From positions 1,576-65,575 of IMG/VR virus record IMGVR_UViG_3300035670_000190: a stretch of 64,000 nucleotides of DNA, one strand, 5' to 3'. The DNA is from a virus. Taxonomy: Duplodnaviria > Caudoviricetes. Positions 1 to 11,100 of this stretch are shown here, in pieces (within the stretch, counting starts at the first letter, position 1; every line of letters starts with the position of its first letter). The position numbers were made by a program, and so were the translations under genes. A model generated the notes under the pieces. The model was not told the DNA's origin. It saw only the letters and a list, made by a program, of their open reading frames with translations, and made no database searches.

Positions 1-2
1 TA

Positions 3-338
3 TTAGACGCCATCGATTCAATTTCAGTAGCAGGGTTCGGTATTGATCAGATTACAGGCGGTGATATAGAAACCTATGTCACAAGTTTGGAGCAAAAAAT
101 AGAACGAAAGCTGGAAGCATTGCGAGATTTCGGCGAAGATTGGCCAGAGTATCTCATTAGACAGTGGATGCAAAAGGTCACCGCATTCTTTAATGCCATC
201 GGATTAAGTGCTTTGACACAATGGATCACGTTCAATTTTTGTCAGTTCCTACAACTTATTGGAGTCCCAACTTCTATAGACATTGGATATGGCGTTTCTG
301 TAGGATTGAATGAAAGCGTCGCTCTTGATGCAGCATAG
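3..338 (+). CDS. 5'-truncated hypothetical protein upstream of gp25
   Basis: The frame of ORF 87..338 is open back to the window edge (LDAIDSISVAGFGIDQITGGDIETYVTSLEQK...), so the TTG at 87 is probably not the real start. No recognisable motif. Confidence 0.6.
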   Translation, partial: LDAIDSISVAGFGIDQITGGDIETYVTSLEQKIERKLEALRDFGEDWPEYLIRQWMQKVTAFFNAIGLSALTQWITFNFCQFLQLIGVPTSIDIGYGVSVGLNESVALDAA

Positions 339-346
339 TATAAATA
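339..346 (+). promoter_or_regulatory. T4-type late promoter TATAAATA
   Basis: Exact gp55 consensus, intergenic, about 30 nt before the gp25 ATG. Confidence 0.85.
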
Positions 347-376
347 AATTGGAAATCCTATAGGAAAACCGCTAAA

Positions 377-775
377 ATGGCGATAGCACTTAATACAAGA
401 ACATATAAAGATATCGATTTGGATTTTCTTGCAAATCCGATCACGAAAGATGTTCTTAAGAAAACAAATGAAGAAGCCATCGCGGCGTCTATATCAAATT
501 TGTTGCAGACCTCAAACTATGAAAGACTGTTTAATCCTGACTTGGGGTGTAATCTAAAAAGATATTTGTTCGAGCCAGTGGATGATATTACAACGAATAA
601 TATTCGCGAAGAAATTACAAGAACATTAGCCAACTTTGAACCGCGTATAGATTTATTGGATGTTCAGGTTGAGCCGTTTCCTGATGAAAATCTATACAAT
701 GTTGCGATTAAATTTTTTATTAAGAATGATCCAGACCCAATCACTATTACCCTATTCCTAGAACGAGTAAGATAA
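377..775 (+). CDS. gp25: baseplate wedge subunit (T4 gp25-like)
   Basis: YKDIDLDF..NPIT.D, ERLFNPDLG, LFEP and FEPRI motifs; lies directly before gp6. Confidence 0.93.
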   Translation: MAIALNTRTYKDIDLDFLANPITKDVLKKTNEEAIAASISNLLQTSNYERLFNPDLGCNLKRYLFEPVDDITTNNIREEITRTLANFEPRIDLLDVQVEPFPDENLYNVAIKFFIKNDPDPITITLFLERVR

Positions 776-776
776 C

Positions 777-2843
777 ATGGCAAATATTGATGCAAAACTT
801 AAAGTTGCCGAGTTGGATTTTGATACTATCAAAACCAATCTGAAGAACTACCTCAAGTCTCAGTCAGAGTTTAGCGACTACAACTTTGAGGGTTCAGGCA
901 TGTCTGTTTTGCTAGACTTGCTTGCTTATAATACGCACTACATGGGATACTATTTGAATATGGTATCCAACGAAATGTTTATTGATACTGCACTCACTCG
1001 TGGTTCAGTTGTTTCTCATGCCAAACTCTTGGGTTATACTCCAAGATCTCGCGTGGCTTCTAGAGCAGCATTGAATCTAACAATCGCGCCAGTCGCTGGA
1101 GATTCTAATTCTTCTATTATTATTCCTAGATTTACTCGATTTGTATCAGAAACAAAAGATGGTGTAAACTATATTTTCACAACACCAAGTTCAAGAATTG
1201 TCACTAAGAATGTTTCAACTGGATTATTTGTCGCTCAAAACGTTGAAATTAAAGAGGGACAGCCAGTCACATTTACGTTCACCTACAACTCTCAAACCAA
1301 TCCTCGTCAAGTTTTTGAACTTCCTGATATTGGAATTGATACTTCAACTATTGAGGTTGTTGTACAAAATTCTGATCAAAACGCAAATCAAGAAACTTAC
1401 ATTCTAGCGCAAGACGCCACAGATGTCGATCCAGATGCTTTAGTGTATTATCTTGATGAAAATAAAAATGGAAGATATCAGATTTATTTCGGGGACGGAA
1501 TAATCGGGAAGAAAATTACTGAAGGAAACATTGTTATTGTTTCGTATCTCGTTACTACAGGACAAAATGCAAATAATCTTAAAGATTTTAGATTGCTCGA
1601 TAACATTTTAACTGGAGCAACCACAACTATTTCTCTAGTTGCTGAATCATCATCTGGTGCGCCAGAAGAAACTATTGATCAAATCCGATTTACTGCGCCT
1701 AAGTCATTTATCGCTCAAAATAGAGCTGTAACTAAAAACGACTACATCGCATTGATTAATCGCGATTATCCATACTTCGAAGCAGTAAATGTTTGGGGTG
1801 GCGAGGAAAATGATCCACCTGTCTATGGAAAAGTATTTTTTACTGCAAAACCATTAGGTGGATATGAAATTACGGAAACTGAAATTGAATTCGTGAAAAA
1901 TTCAGTTTTGAAGCCATTTTCAGTTTTAACCGTTGCTCCAGAATATGTTGCTGCAGATTACAATTATTTGAATTTGGTGGTTGATGTCAATTATAATCCA
2001 ACAAAAACAAACAGAACAGGCGAAGAAGTTCGTGCTCTAGTTATAAACTCTATTAGAAATTTTGCAAATACAAACCTTGACACTTTTAATAATAGCTTCA
2101 AAGTTTCTCGTTTGTCTAGAGCAATTGATGATGCTGAAAATTCTATCACGAATAATGATATTAAAGTTTTCTTAGAAAAGCGATTTACTGTCGATACAAC
2201 AAGAACCACAGACTATATTTTAAATTTCGATACAGAGTTGAAACAAGGGACTACGACTGAAAGAATTGTTTCTTCTCCTTCATTTGGATATTTTGATAGT
2301 ACAGGCGTTGAAAGAAATTGCTTTATTGAAGAAGTTTTACAATCATTCACAGGTGTTGAAGAAATTCAGGTATTGACTGGAGGTAGTGGTTATACTACAA
2401 CTCCAACAGTGGTCATTGAAGGCGACGGTCAGGGTGCAACAGCTAGAGCGATAATTGTAAATGGAGCGATTCGCAGTGTTGAAATTGTAAATGAGGGTTC
2501 TGGGTATACATCAGCTACAGCAAGAATACTTGGCGGTGGCGGATCAGGGGCGACATTGAGAGCAAATCTACAAGGTCGAACAGGAAAACTTCGAATCTAT
2601 TATTTCGATACAAATAATATTAAGAAAACAATTACAAACGATGCAGGCACGATAGATTATCAAGTCGGTAAAATTGTTTTGGAAAATTTTTCACCAATAT
2701 CTGTATCAGATCCCTTTGAAACTATGATAATTAAAGCAATTCCAGTATCGAAAGTTTTCAGTTCTGAGAAAAATAGAATTTTAACTTTAGATCAATCAGA
2801 CCCAACTTCTATAACCACTACAATTAATGCTGTAATTGAATAA
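777..2843 (+). CDS. gp6: baseplate wedge subunit (T4 gp6-like)
   Basis: ELDFDTIK.NLK, DYNFEGSG..LLDLLAYNTHY, SVVSHAK.LGY.P and QNRAVT..DY motifs. Confidence 0.95.
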   Translation: MANIDAKLKVAELDFDTIKTNLKNYLKSQSEFSDYNFEGSGMSVLLDLLAYNTHYMGYYLNMVSNEMFIDTALTRGSVVSHAKLLGYTPRSRVASRAALNLTIAPVAGDSNSSIIIPRFTRFVSETKDGVNYIFTTPSSRIVTKNVSTGLFVAQNVEIKEGQPVTFTFTYNSQTNPRQVFELPDIGIDTSTIEVVVQNSDQNANQETYILAQDATDVDPDALVYYLDENKNGRYQIYFGDGIIGKKITEGNIVIVSYLVTTGQNANNLKDFRLLDNILTGATTTISLVAESSSGAPEETIDQIRFTAPKSFIAQNRAVTKNDYIALINRDYPYFEAVNVWGGEENDPPVYGKVFFTAKPLGGYEITETEIEFVKNSVLKPFSVLTVAPEYVAADYNYLNLVVDVNYNPTKTNRTGEEVRALVINSIRNFANTNLDTFNNSFKVSRLSRAIDDAENSITNNDIKVFLEKRFTVDTTRTTDYILNFDTELKQGTTTERIVSSPSFGYFDSTGVERNCFIEEVLQSFTGVEEIQVLTGGSGYTTTPTVVIEGDGQGATARAIIVNGAIRSVEIVNEGSGYTSATARILGGGGSGATLRANLQGRTGKLRIYYFDTNNIKKTITNDAGTIDYQVGKIVLENFSPISVSDPFETMIIKAIPVSKVFSSEKNRILTLDQSDPTSITTTINAVIE

Positions 2844-2844
2844 T

Positions 2845-5800
2845 ATGGCTGCAACAGAAAAAACTATTTCAGCTCTAATAGGCTCACAATTGCCTGACTT
2901 CGTCAAGGCAAATCATCCTCAATTTCAGCGTTTTATTGAGTTATACTATCAATGGTTAGAGCAAAATAATCCAGAGGGAATTTCCAGCAGTGCTGGAAAT
3001 ACAGTTTATCAGGCTGCTGAAATAGCAGATTATAGAGATATTGATTCTACTCCTGATGATTTTGTTCGCTATTTCAAACAAGAACTTCTACCTTATTTCC
3101 CAGAAAACACTTCTCTTGATATCAAGAAAATACTAAAAAGCGCCAGAGAATTTTATTCTCAAAAAGGTAGTGAAGAATCTATCAAGTGGCTATTTAAAGC
3201 ATTATTCAATGAAGATATTGAAATCAATTACCCAAAAGAACAAATTCTGATTGCTTCTGATGGTAAATGGAAACTTCCAAGAGCATTTCGTATTACAGTT
3301 GGTGAAACCAATAAAAACTTAGATGTCAATCTTCTTGAAAAACGCCTTGTCACTGGTAACGTATCTGGTGCAACATGCGTTATTGAAACTGCGAACAGAA
3401 CAATTGATCCAACAAATGGAATCGAAGTAATTGAGATTTATATCTCGAATATTAGAAAATTGTTTGAAAATGGTGAATATATTACTGTCAATTACATTGA
3501 TCAAAATGGTGTAGAACAAACTTTCTCTGAGAAAATTATCGGCACCATTTCAAATGTTCGTATTGATTCTAGCATTAGAACAGATCCAAGACAACGTCGA
3601 AGAGGATTGTTGTATAACGTAGGCGATCCAGTGGTCATTACTGGTGGATTGGCTACAACTGCAGAAGCAAACGATGCAGTAGCAATAGTTGGAAATGTAA
3701 GTGTTGGTTCTATTGAATCTGTTGCCACAACATTTCCAGGATATGGATATAGAATTTATTCAAATACTGAGACTATAGCACTTCGCTCGACTGCTGATGA
3801 TCCAAATTCTAATGCTAACACAGATCTTCGTGTTATTGCTATTAATGTAACTGCTTGCACAACAAATAGTCAACAAAACTTTTTAGAAGCAATAACTTAT
3901 GATAAAACTGTTATTGATTATTTGAGCGATACAGTTATTGGTATAGCAAATTTAGCAGCGTTCACTGTGAATAATAGAAACGCTGTAATCAATGTCACTG
4001 AAAATGATGAAGATGATCCATACAATAATTATGAAGAAGTTTGGGCTAATGGAAATAATTTTACAGATGCCCTCTTTACTGCAAAAATCGCAACTCCAAA
4101 TAATGCAATTTTCGGTGTTGGGGGTATAAGTGCAAATACTGGGGATCTATTAGTATACGATATTAAGGGTTCAAATAGCGCGTTGATTTCAACTAGCGAT
4201 TTGCCTATTATTTTAAATGGCGCTCAAATTAACACAAAAAACACAGCCAAGTCTTTTGTCTATAACTCTATATCCACATATTTTGTTCCTGCAAATTTAA
4301 ATTCTCAAATTCAACAGTGTCTTGATTTTGAAACTGTGAATACTGGTGGTATTGCACTCATCGCGGTGGAAGATGGCGGATTTGGATTTAGATCTGCACC
4401 TGCTCTTCAAATCACATCTCATTATGATAGTCATATTTCTGAGAGCTATGATTATGAAACTGAGACTGTTAATAAAAGAGCCTATTGGCAAACATTTAGA
4501 GACTTGGGCAGAATAGCTCACGTTTGGATCAACAATGGCGGCACTGGATATGCCAATGGCGACACGATTACATTTGAAGGTCGAGGATATGGTGGTAACG
4601 CTTTTGTAAATGTGAACACGACAGGCACAATCACTTCTGTAACACTCACAGATCGAGGCGAAGGGCATTTAATTCGTCCAACGGCTAACATTTCAACATC
4701 AGGTGGATCTGGCGCAGTTCTTACAGCATATTTGTTCGGTGATGGCGTTGAGAATACTGTTGGAACAAACGCTATTGGTAGAATACGAGATCTCCGCTTG
4801 GTTTATCGCGGATTTGACTATGTAGCAACTCCAAACGTAAACATGAAGATAGTTGATACGATTATCAATCCTATTTCTGAGCTAGATTCTTTTGTTGAAG
4901 GTGAGTACATCTATCAAGGACCAAGTTTAGCTAATTCAACTTTCAGAGCCAACGTTAAGCAATATATTCGAACAACTGGGTTGCTTCGATTATTTAATTA
5001 TTCAGGAAGTATCGACAGTACTGTTGACCTAGTAACACAAAATAATGTTTATGCTAATGTGAATACTGCAGCTAACGTTCCTGCACCTTTACAATATCCA
5101 TCTACCGTTATTGCAACAGGTCTCCCAAATCCAATGTATTATGGAGATGGCAGAGCAAAAGCTGTCGCACTTTTTGCAAATGGATTGATCGAATTTAATG
5201 GATTCTATTTAAATACTGATGGATTCCCAAGCTCTGATAAGAAACTTCAAGACGATAGATTATATCAAAATTTCTCATATATCGTTCAATCAGAAAAGAA
5301 TCTTGTCGACTTCGAAACGCCACTAAAAAATATTGTACATCCAAGTGGAATGTTGGTTGTCTCAAAAACTATTTTGAAACAAGAATATAATGAGCTTGCA
5401 AATTCAAGTTCGAACGTTGATATCATAAGAGCAATTAATTTAACCTCTTTAAACACAGCATTAATAACAGTTTCAGACCCGACCTCAAATGTTGTGACGG
5501 GTTCTGACACCAACTTCCTAGCTCCAGATACTTTGGTTGAACCTGGAGATCTGTTTATTATTAGCGACTTAACAAATCCACTTCGCTCTATCTCTAAAAT
5601 TGTTTCTGCAGTAAGTAGTAATACAGAACTAGAAGTTTTTGGAGACTTCATCTATCCAGGTCAGGGTAAAATAACACTTCAAAGCGGAAATACTTCTGGA
5701 ATAGTCGTTGGAAATACAAATACTATCTCTGATTTTATACAAACTGGAGATAAAATTAGAGTAAATGTACCAAATGTAACAATTACGGGAACTGTGAATG

Positions 5801-6150
5801 TAAGTGGAACGAGCGTGGAAGGCAATACTACTGGCTCTAATACAACATATTTCCTTGGAAACGTTATTGTTGGAAGTGAGATCACTGTAAACGGAGAATC
5901 TAGACTCGTGACTGTTGTTACAGATGATAATAATCTCACTGTAAATACGTCATTCACAAACGACGCGGAAGATAAATATCTTGTTGCGAATAGTATTCTA
6001 ACGAAAGAAATAGATGCAATTTCTGGAAATGTTGTAACGATGAACACAGCGATTTATAATACAAATTTAACAAATGTTGTTTACCTAGTTGTTCCTGATT
6101 ATTCATCAACTAGCTACCCATTCAAGATTATTTCGCTCAATTCGTACTGA
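2845..6150 (+). CDS. gp7: baseplate wedge initiator (gp7-like) with extra beta-rich inserts
   Basis: QLPDFV, FY.QKGSEES..LFK.LFNE and the C-terminal KLQD..LYQNFSY/HPSG motifs; lies between gp6 and gp8. ATG 2845 preferred over the ATT at 2836. Confidence 0.85.
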   Translation: MAATEKTISALIGSQLPDFVKANHPQFQRFIELYYQWLEQNNPEGISSSAGNTVYQAAEIADYRDIDSTPDDFVRYFKQELLPYFPENTSLDIKKILKSAREFYSQKGSEESIKWLFKALFNEDIEINYPKEQILIASDGKWKLPRAFRITVGETNKNLDVNLLEKRLVTGNVSGATCVIETANRTIDPTNGIEVIEIYISNIRKLFENGEYITVNYIDQNGVEQTFSEKIIGTISNVRIDSSIRTDPRQRRRGLLYNVGDPVVITGGLATTAEANDAVAIVGNVSVGSIESVATTFPGYGYRIYSNTETIALRSTADDPNSNANTDLRVIAINVTACTTNSQQNFLEAITYDKTVIDYLSDTVIGIANLAAFTVNNRNAVINVTENDEDDPYNNYEEVWANGNNFTDALFTAKIATPNNAIFGVGGISANTGDLLVYDIKGSNSALISTSDLPIILNGAQINTKNTAKSFVYNSISTYFVPANLNSQIQQCLDFETVNTGGIALIAVEDGGFGFRSAPALQITSHYDSHISESYDYETETVNKRAYWQTFRDLGRIAHVWINNGGTGYANGDTITFEGRGYGGNAFVNVNTTGTITSVTLTDRGEGHLIRPTANISTSGGSGAVLTAYLFGDGVENTVGTNAIGRIRDLRLVYRGFDYVATPNVNMKIVDTIINPISELDSFVEGEYIYQGPSLANSTFRANVKQYIRTTGLLRLFNYSGSIDSTVDLVTQNNVYANVNTAANVPAPLQYPSTVIATGLPNPMYYGDGRAKAVALFANGLIEFNGFYLNTDGFPSSDKKLQDDRLYQNFSYIVQSEKNLVDFETPLKNIVHPSGMLVVSKTILKQEYNELANSSSNVDIIRAINLTSLNTALITVSDPTSNVVTGSDTNFLAPDTLVEPGDLFIISDLTNPLRSISKIVSAVSSNTELEVFGDFIYPGQGKITLQSGNTSGIVVGNTNTISDFIQTGDKIRVNVPNVTITGTVNVSGTSVEGNTTGSNTTYFLGNVIVGSEITVNGESRLVTVVTDDNNLTVNTSFTNDAEDKYLVANSILTKEIDAISGNVVTMNTAIYNTNLTNVVYLVVPDYSSTSYPFKIISLNSY

Positions 6151-6157
6151 GGAATAC

Positions 6158-8161
6158 ATGAAATCTAAACTTACACCACTCTTTTCTAAGTTCATCGCCG
6201 ATGACATAAAAGATCATTTTTCAAATGACGCTAATGTTTTCGTAGGAATTGGAAGATCTTTAAGTTTCGGTTCTTCATCTGAAAATGTGGAATCGGTATC
6301 GTTCACAACAAATAAAATAAATGAACTTTACAGAAATTTAATTTCTCTTAAAAAGATTCAAGCAGCTGATATGCAAACGGTAGTGGCTCGTAGAGATTGG
6401 GCTGAAAATGTTGCATATGATCCATATGAAGACGATGTTGATCTGTACTCGTTTGAAGACTTTGTAGGAATTGGAACAGCAAACTCCAACGCCAATACAA
6501 TTATTAGTGGCACTGTAAACATAGCTGCATCAAACATCGTTACTGGAAATGGAACGGTATTCGAACAATTCGTGTTCGCAGGAGATCAAATTCTTGTAAA
6601 TTCGGCTATCAAAACAGTTGTCTCAGTTCCAAGTAATACCATAATTGTGGTTAATAGCTCATTTGCGAATACAAATACAGATGGAAGGCTTACTCTTTTA
6701 AGTAATAGTAGAGTTATTGTTTCAAATACTGTCAATTTTATTGGAAACGTCTCTATAGGAAATACTATTGTTATTGGTGAGGACACTAGAGAAGTTATTG
6801 CAGTACGAAGCAATAAGGTAATCGCAGTAAATGCAAACTTGACTTATTCTAATTCAAATACTGAAATATTTCGCAGAGATAATACTTATCCTCTATATGC
6901 GAATAATTTTTATGTTAGAAATACTCGAGATCAAGTTTTTAAATGTCTCTTCAATAACAGTAAAGCTAACTCTACCGTGGAACCAACGATTGACATCGAT
7001 GGTCAACTACCTGAAAATCCATTTATCTTAACCTCTGATGGTTATAAATGGAAATATCTCTATACTATTGCTCCTGGCTTGAAGCAAAAATTCTTTACAA
7101 ACAAATGGATGCCAGTTTCCAATGAAGCATCTGTTGTTGCTGCAACATCAGAAGGTAGAATTGATATTATCAATACTCTATGGGGCGGCTCTGGACATCT
7201 AGGCGGTGGAAGCTCAAATACTGCAAGAATTTTAAGTGTAACAAATACCGACGGAGCTAATGCTAATCTTTCATGTAAGGTTTCTAATGGAGTGATAACA
7301 GAAGTTACCATCTTAAATGGTGGGAATAATTACACAACTGGTGTAGTCACTGTAACTGATACAACAAAACTTGGTAATACTACTCTGACAGGAACAGTTA
7401 ATGTTTCTGGAACTGTTGTGAGTGGAAACCTATCAAACACCACTTACTTTAATGGAAACGTTTTTGTAAATGATATAATTACTATAAACGGCGAATCTAG
7501 AAATGTTGTAAGTGTTCTGAGCAATACCTCTCTAAGCGTTAATACTGCATTTACATATTCAACAAATACAGCTATTGCAACTATTCAACGCTCTAACGCG
7601 ATTTTCGACATAGAATTTTCACCTCAGGGCGGTCATGGATTTTTCCCTGCAAGAGAACTGGGCGCTAGAAGTTTGATGGTTTCAGTTGAGTTGGATGGAG
7701 ATGAAAATACAACACTTCCGACTTCAGATGTGATCAATACTTTCGATTTCAATCAAATAAGCATTATCGATGACCCTTTGATCGCAAATTCAGCGTGGAT
7801 AGCAAATAATACAAATTATAGAGTTTCAACACGTGTTTTGGTAAGTGATCCAGGTATTTCAAATTACATAAATGATGAAACTGTGTTTATCGGATCTTCT
7901 CTATCAACTGCAACAATGGTCGCTAATGTATCGCATTGGAGTGCATCTGATAATTATTTGTATATAAATAATATCACTGGAACATTTTCAGCTGCCGAAT
8001 TAATAAGAGGGCAAACTTCTGGAACTGTAGCCACCGTTTTATCAATCTCTAATTCTGAAATTAAACTCTATAGCGGCGAAGTTGTTTATGTTGAAAATAG
8101 ACAAAATGTTGTTAGAGATGAAGATCAAATTGAACAATTAAAAATAGTCTTGACATTCTAG
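6158..8161 (+). CDS. gp8: baseplate wedge subunit (gp8-like), enlarged by inserted domains
   Basis: RRDW, NFYV.N...VFKCLFN, DGYKWKYLYTI, SPQGGHG and ENRQ..R..DQIE.KIVL.F motifs. ATG 6158 follows a GAGGA RBS. Confidence 0.9.
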   Translation: MKSKLTPLFSKFIADDIKDHFSNDANVFVGIGRSLSFGSSSENVESVSFTTNKINELYRNLISLKKIQAADMQTVVARRDWAENVAYDPYEDDVDLYSFEDFVGIGTANSNANTIISGTVNIAASNIVTGNGTVFEQFVFAGDQILVNSAIKTVVSVPSNTIIVVNSSFANTNTDGRLTLLSNSRVIVSNTVNFIGNVSIGNTIVIGEDTREVIAVRSNKVIAVNANLTYSNSNTEIFRRDNTYPLYANNFYVRNTRDQVFKCLFNNSKANSTVEPTIDIDGQLPENPFILTSDGYKWKYLYTIAPGLKQKFFTNKWMPVSNEASVVAATSEGRIDIINTLWGGSGHLGGGSSNTARILSVTNTDGANANLSCKVSNGVITEVTILNGGNNYTTGVVTVTDTTKLGNTTLTGTVNVSGTVVSGNLSNTTYFNGNVFVNDIITINGESRNVVSVLSNTSLSVNTAFTYSTNTAIATIQRSNAIFDIEFSPQGGHGFFPARELGARSLMVSVELDGDENTTLPTSDVINTFDFNQISIIDDPLIANSAWIANNTNYRVSTRVLVSDPGISNYINDETVFIGSSLSTATMVANVSHWSASDNYLYINNITGTFSAAELIRGQTSGTVATVLSISNSEIKLYSGEVVYVENRQNVVRDEDQIEQLKIVLTF

Positions 8162-8171
8162 GTAAAGAAAT

Positions 8172-11100
8172 ATGCAATTTAACGTTGACCCATATTACGA
8201 CGATTTTGAGCAAAATGCTTTAGATAATAACTATATGCGCATTTTGTTCAAGCCTGGATATTCTGTCCAAGCGCGTGAACTTACGCAAATTCAATCTATT
8301 CTTCAAAATCAAATAAAGCAGTTTGGCGATCATATTTTCCAAGATGGTTCTCCTGTTATTGGCGGAAATCTCACGCTCGACAATAAAGTTCAATTTCTAA
8401 AACTCGAAGAAAGTTTTAATAACGAAGACGTAGAAGTTGAACTTTTTGATGGTAGAATTGTTCGTAGTTTAGACGGAACAGTTCAAGCTAAAGTATTGAC
8501 AACATATTACCCAACAGATGGAACACCAACTCTACTCGTAAAGTATATTACAGGAAATCAATTTACAGACGCTTCAAACGTTCGTGTGGCTGGAACAACC
8601 ACAGAAGCAAAAATGGTTTCTTCAAATTCAACTGGTCCAGCCCTTGTGTGTTCAATCAACGAAGGTGTGTTTTATGTTGATGGATTTTTTGTAAAAGTTA
8701 GTGATCAAACGACTGTTGTAAATCCATATGACGTGTCTGCAAACGTTAAGATTGGTCTAGAAATTTCAGACGAAATTGTAGATGCTGCAATTGACACAAC
8801 GCTTCTCGATCCAGCGCAAGGATCATTTAATTATCAAGCTCCAGGCGCTGATCGCTATCAATACAACTTAACGCTAACAACTCGCCCTCTAGATTCAATT
8901 GTCGACGAATCACAATTTTTTGAATTGATGCGCGTTGAAAATGGCGCAATCACTAAGCAAGTCAAATATCCTGTTTATGCAGAACTAGAAAAAACTCTGG
9001 CTCGTCGAACATTCGATGAATCAGGAGACTATGTTGTTCGTCCATTTCGCGCAACAATTAATGATGGCGCTGATGCGAACAACTATGTCCTTTCAATTGA
9101 ACCTGGAAAAGCCTATGTAAAAGGTTTCGAGTTTGAGACGATCGGAACACTTAAAGTTACAACGCCAAAGCCAAGAGGCGCTGAAGATATTAAATCATTA
9201 GTTGATATCGATGTTGATACCTCATATGGCAATTTCATTTATGTTACCAATCTAAAAGGAAGCAGTAACGGATTCATTAATATTGCCGCTCTAGAAAAAG
9301 TAGATGTTCATCTTGGAAGACGTAGTTGTATTTTCGCTACGGGAGCAGGCAATGAAACTGCAAATGCATTTGTTTATGCAAATACTCGTATTGGATCTGC
9401 TCGTGTCAAAAACTTTGTGCGTCAAAATCCAGACTTGTTTAATGCAAATACTGACTCAAATGGCATTTATAAGATTTATTTGACTGACATCAATATTGAA
9501 CCGAAAATATTAAAAGTAAAAGAAGCAAGTCCAAATGCGCAAACACTTGTGGTTACACAAAACTTTTGCGCAAATGTCAATAACTTCATTAATGTCTCTG
9601 TAACGATACTTCCAGTTCGTTTGGATCCAGTTGCAAACGTAAATGTTGCGAATGTATTCACAAATTCATATAGACTTAATGCAAATAGTACAGTTGCAAG
9701 TGTATTTACTGGTAATGTTTCTCCAGGAAGTATAATTCGTGTTGCTGACATGGTGCGTGAAGTTGTCTCAGTGAACACTGCAGGTGACTTTTTGACAGTA
9801 AACAGAGCATGGGACAAAACTATTGTCGCAACAAATTCTACAACTAATCCATTATCTGTATTTGTACAATCAACATATACTCAAAATGTTTCTGGTCAAA
9901 GCCGTTTAATTACTGCAGCTGCTAATAACGTCGGTGGCGCAAATCTTCATTTCTACCTAGATCGACCATTTGACAACTTGGGCGTGCCAGATTCAAATAC
10001 TGTTATACAATTCAATTTCGGAATCAAAGATGCTAAGAGTTTTTGCTCTGGACCAGTAGTTGCTAATACACTCGCAACAAATGCAAATGTGGCTTTTGAC
10101 GTTGCTCTTCAATCTACTTTAGTCAACAATGAAACGTTCATTGAAGACCCAAAAAGAAACTTGTTAATTTTCAAGTTGCCTGGAACATTTGTTCGCCGCA
10201 CGTCATTAAACAATGCAGATTATAGACACGCCAAATACATTGCTGATCGTTCAAATACGGGTAATCCTGGCGAATTTACTATTTCTCAAGGTTCTGGTCT
10301 TGAGAACTTTGAAACAATTGACTGGGCAGATTCAACCAGCGCTATACAAGATAATTTAGTGTTTGTTGTTCGAAATAATAATGGAAATACAAGTTTCCCT
10401 AATGGATCTGTTGTTCAATTGACATCAGCTAATGTATCACTAAGTGGAGCCCCAGTAGACACAATTACAATTGATACTGGAATTCCAGATATTTTAAAAG
10501 CTGATATTATTTTAAATGTAAAGGAAAATGACTCAGAAGATAAATTGAGAACAAAAGTGTTTATGCAAAATACTGTTGCAACACTTTCTCCATTCAATTA
10601 TCCAACATCTAACTCAACAACTTCTAACACTGAAGTTAGTTTGCAAAACTTAGGACATGTTGCTTCTATTGACGTCGCAAACGGATTTATTTGGCTCACA
10701 AACCCAACATATAATGCTGTTCGCCCTGGAGATGCAATTTCATTGTTTGTGCCAGATGTTGTGAGAGTTCGTCGAGTTATCGCTGGAAATACCACAAATG
10801 TTCCAGATGCTGATAATGCAGTAGATATTACCAATAGATTCCTTGTTGATTATGGTCAACGAGATGATCGATATGATCATACAAAACTAGTTTTGAGATC
10901 TGGTTATGATAGTCCAGAAGCTAAACTTCTGGTTCATGTTGACTTCTTTCAGCACATATATGCAACTGGAACGAATGTTTCATTCTTCTCAGCTGATTCT
11001 TACTCTCAGCCATTATATGATGGCGGTGCAATTCCTATTTACACCTCATCAACTGGAGAAATCTACTATTTGAGAGATTGTCTAGATTTTCGTCCAACAC

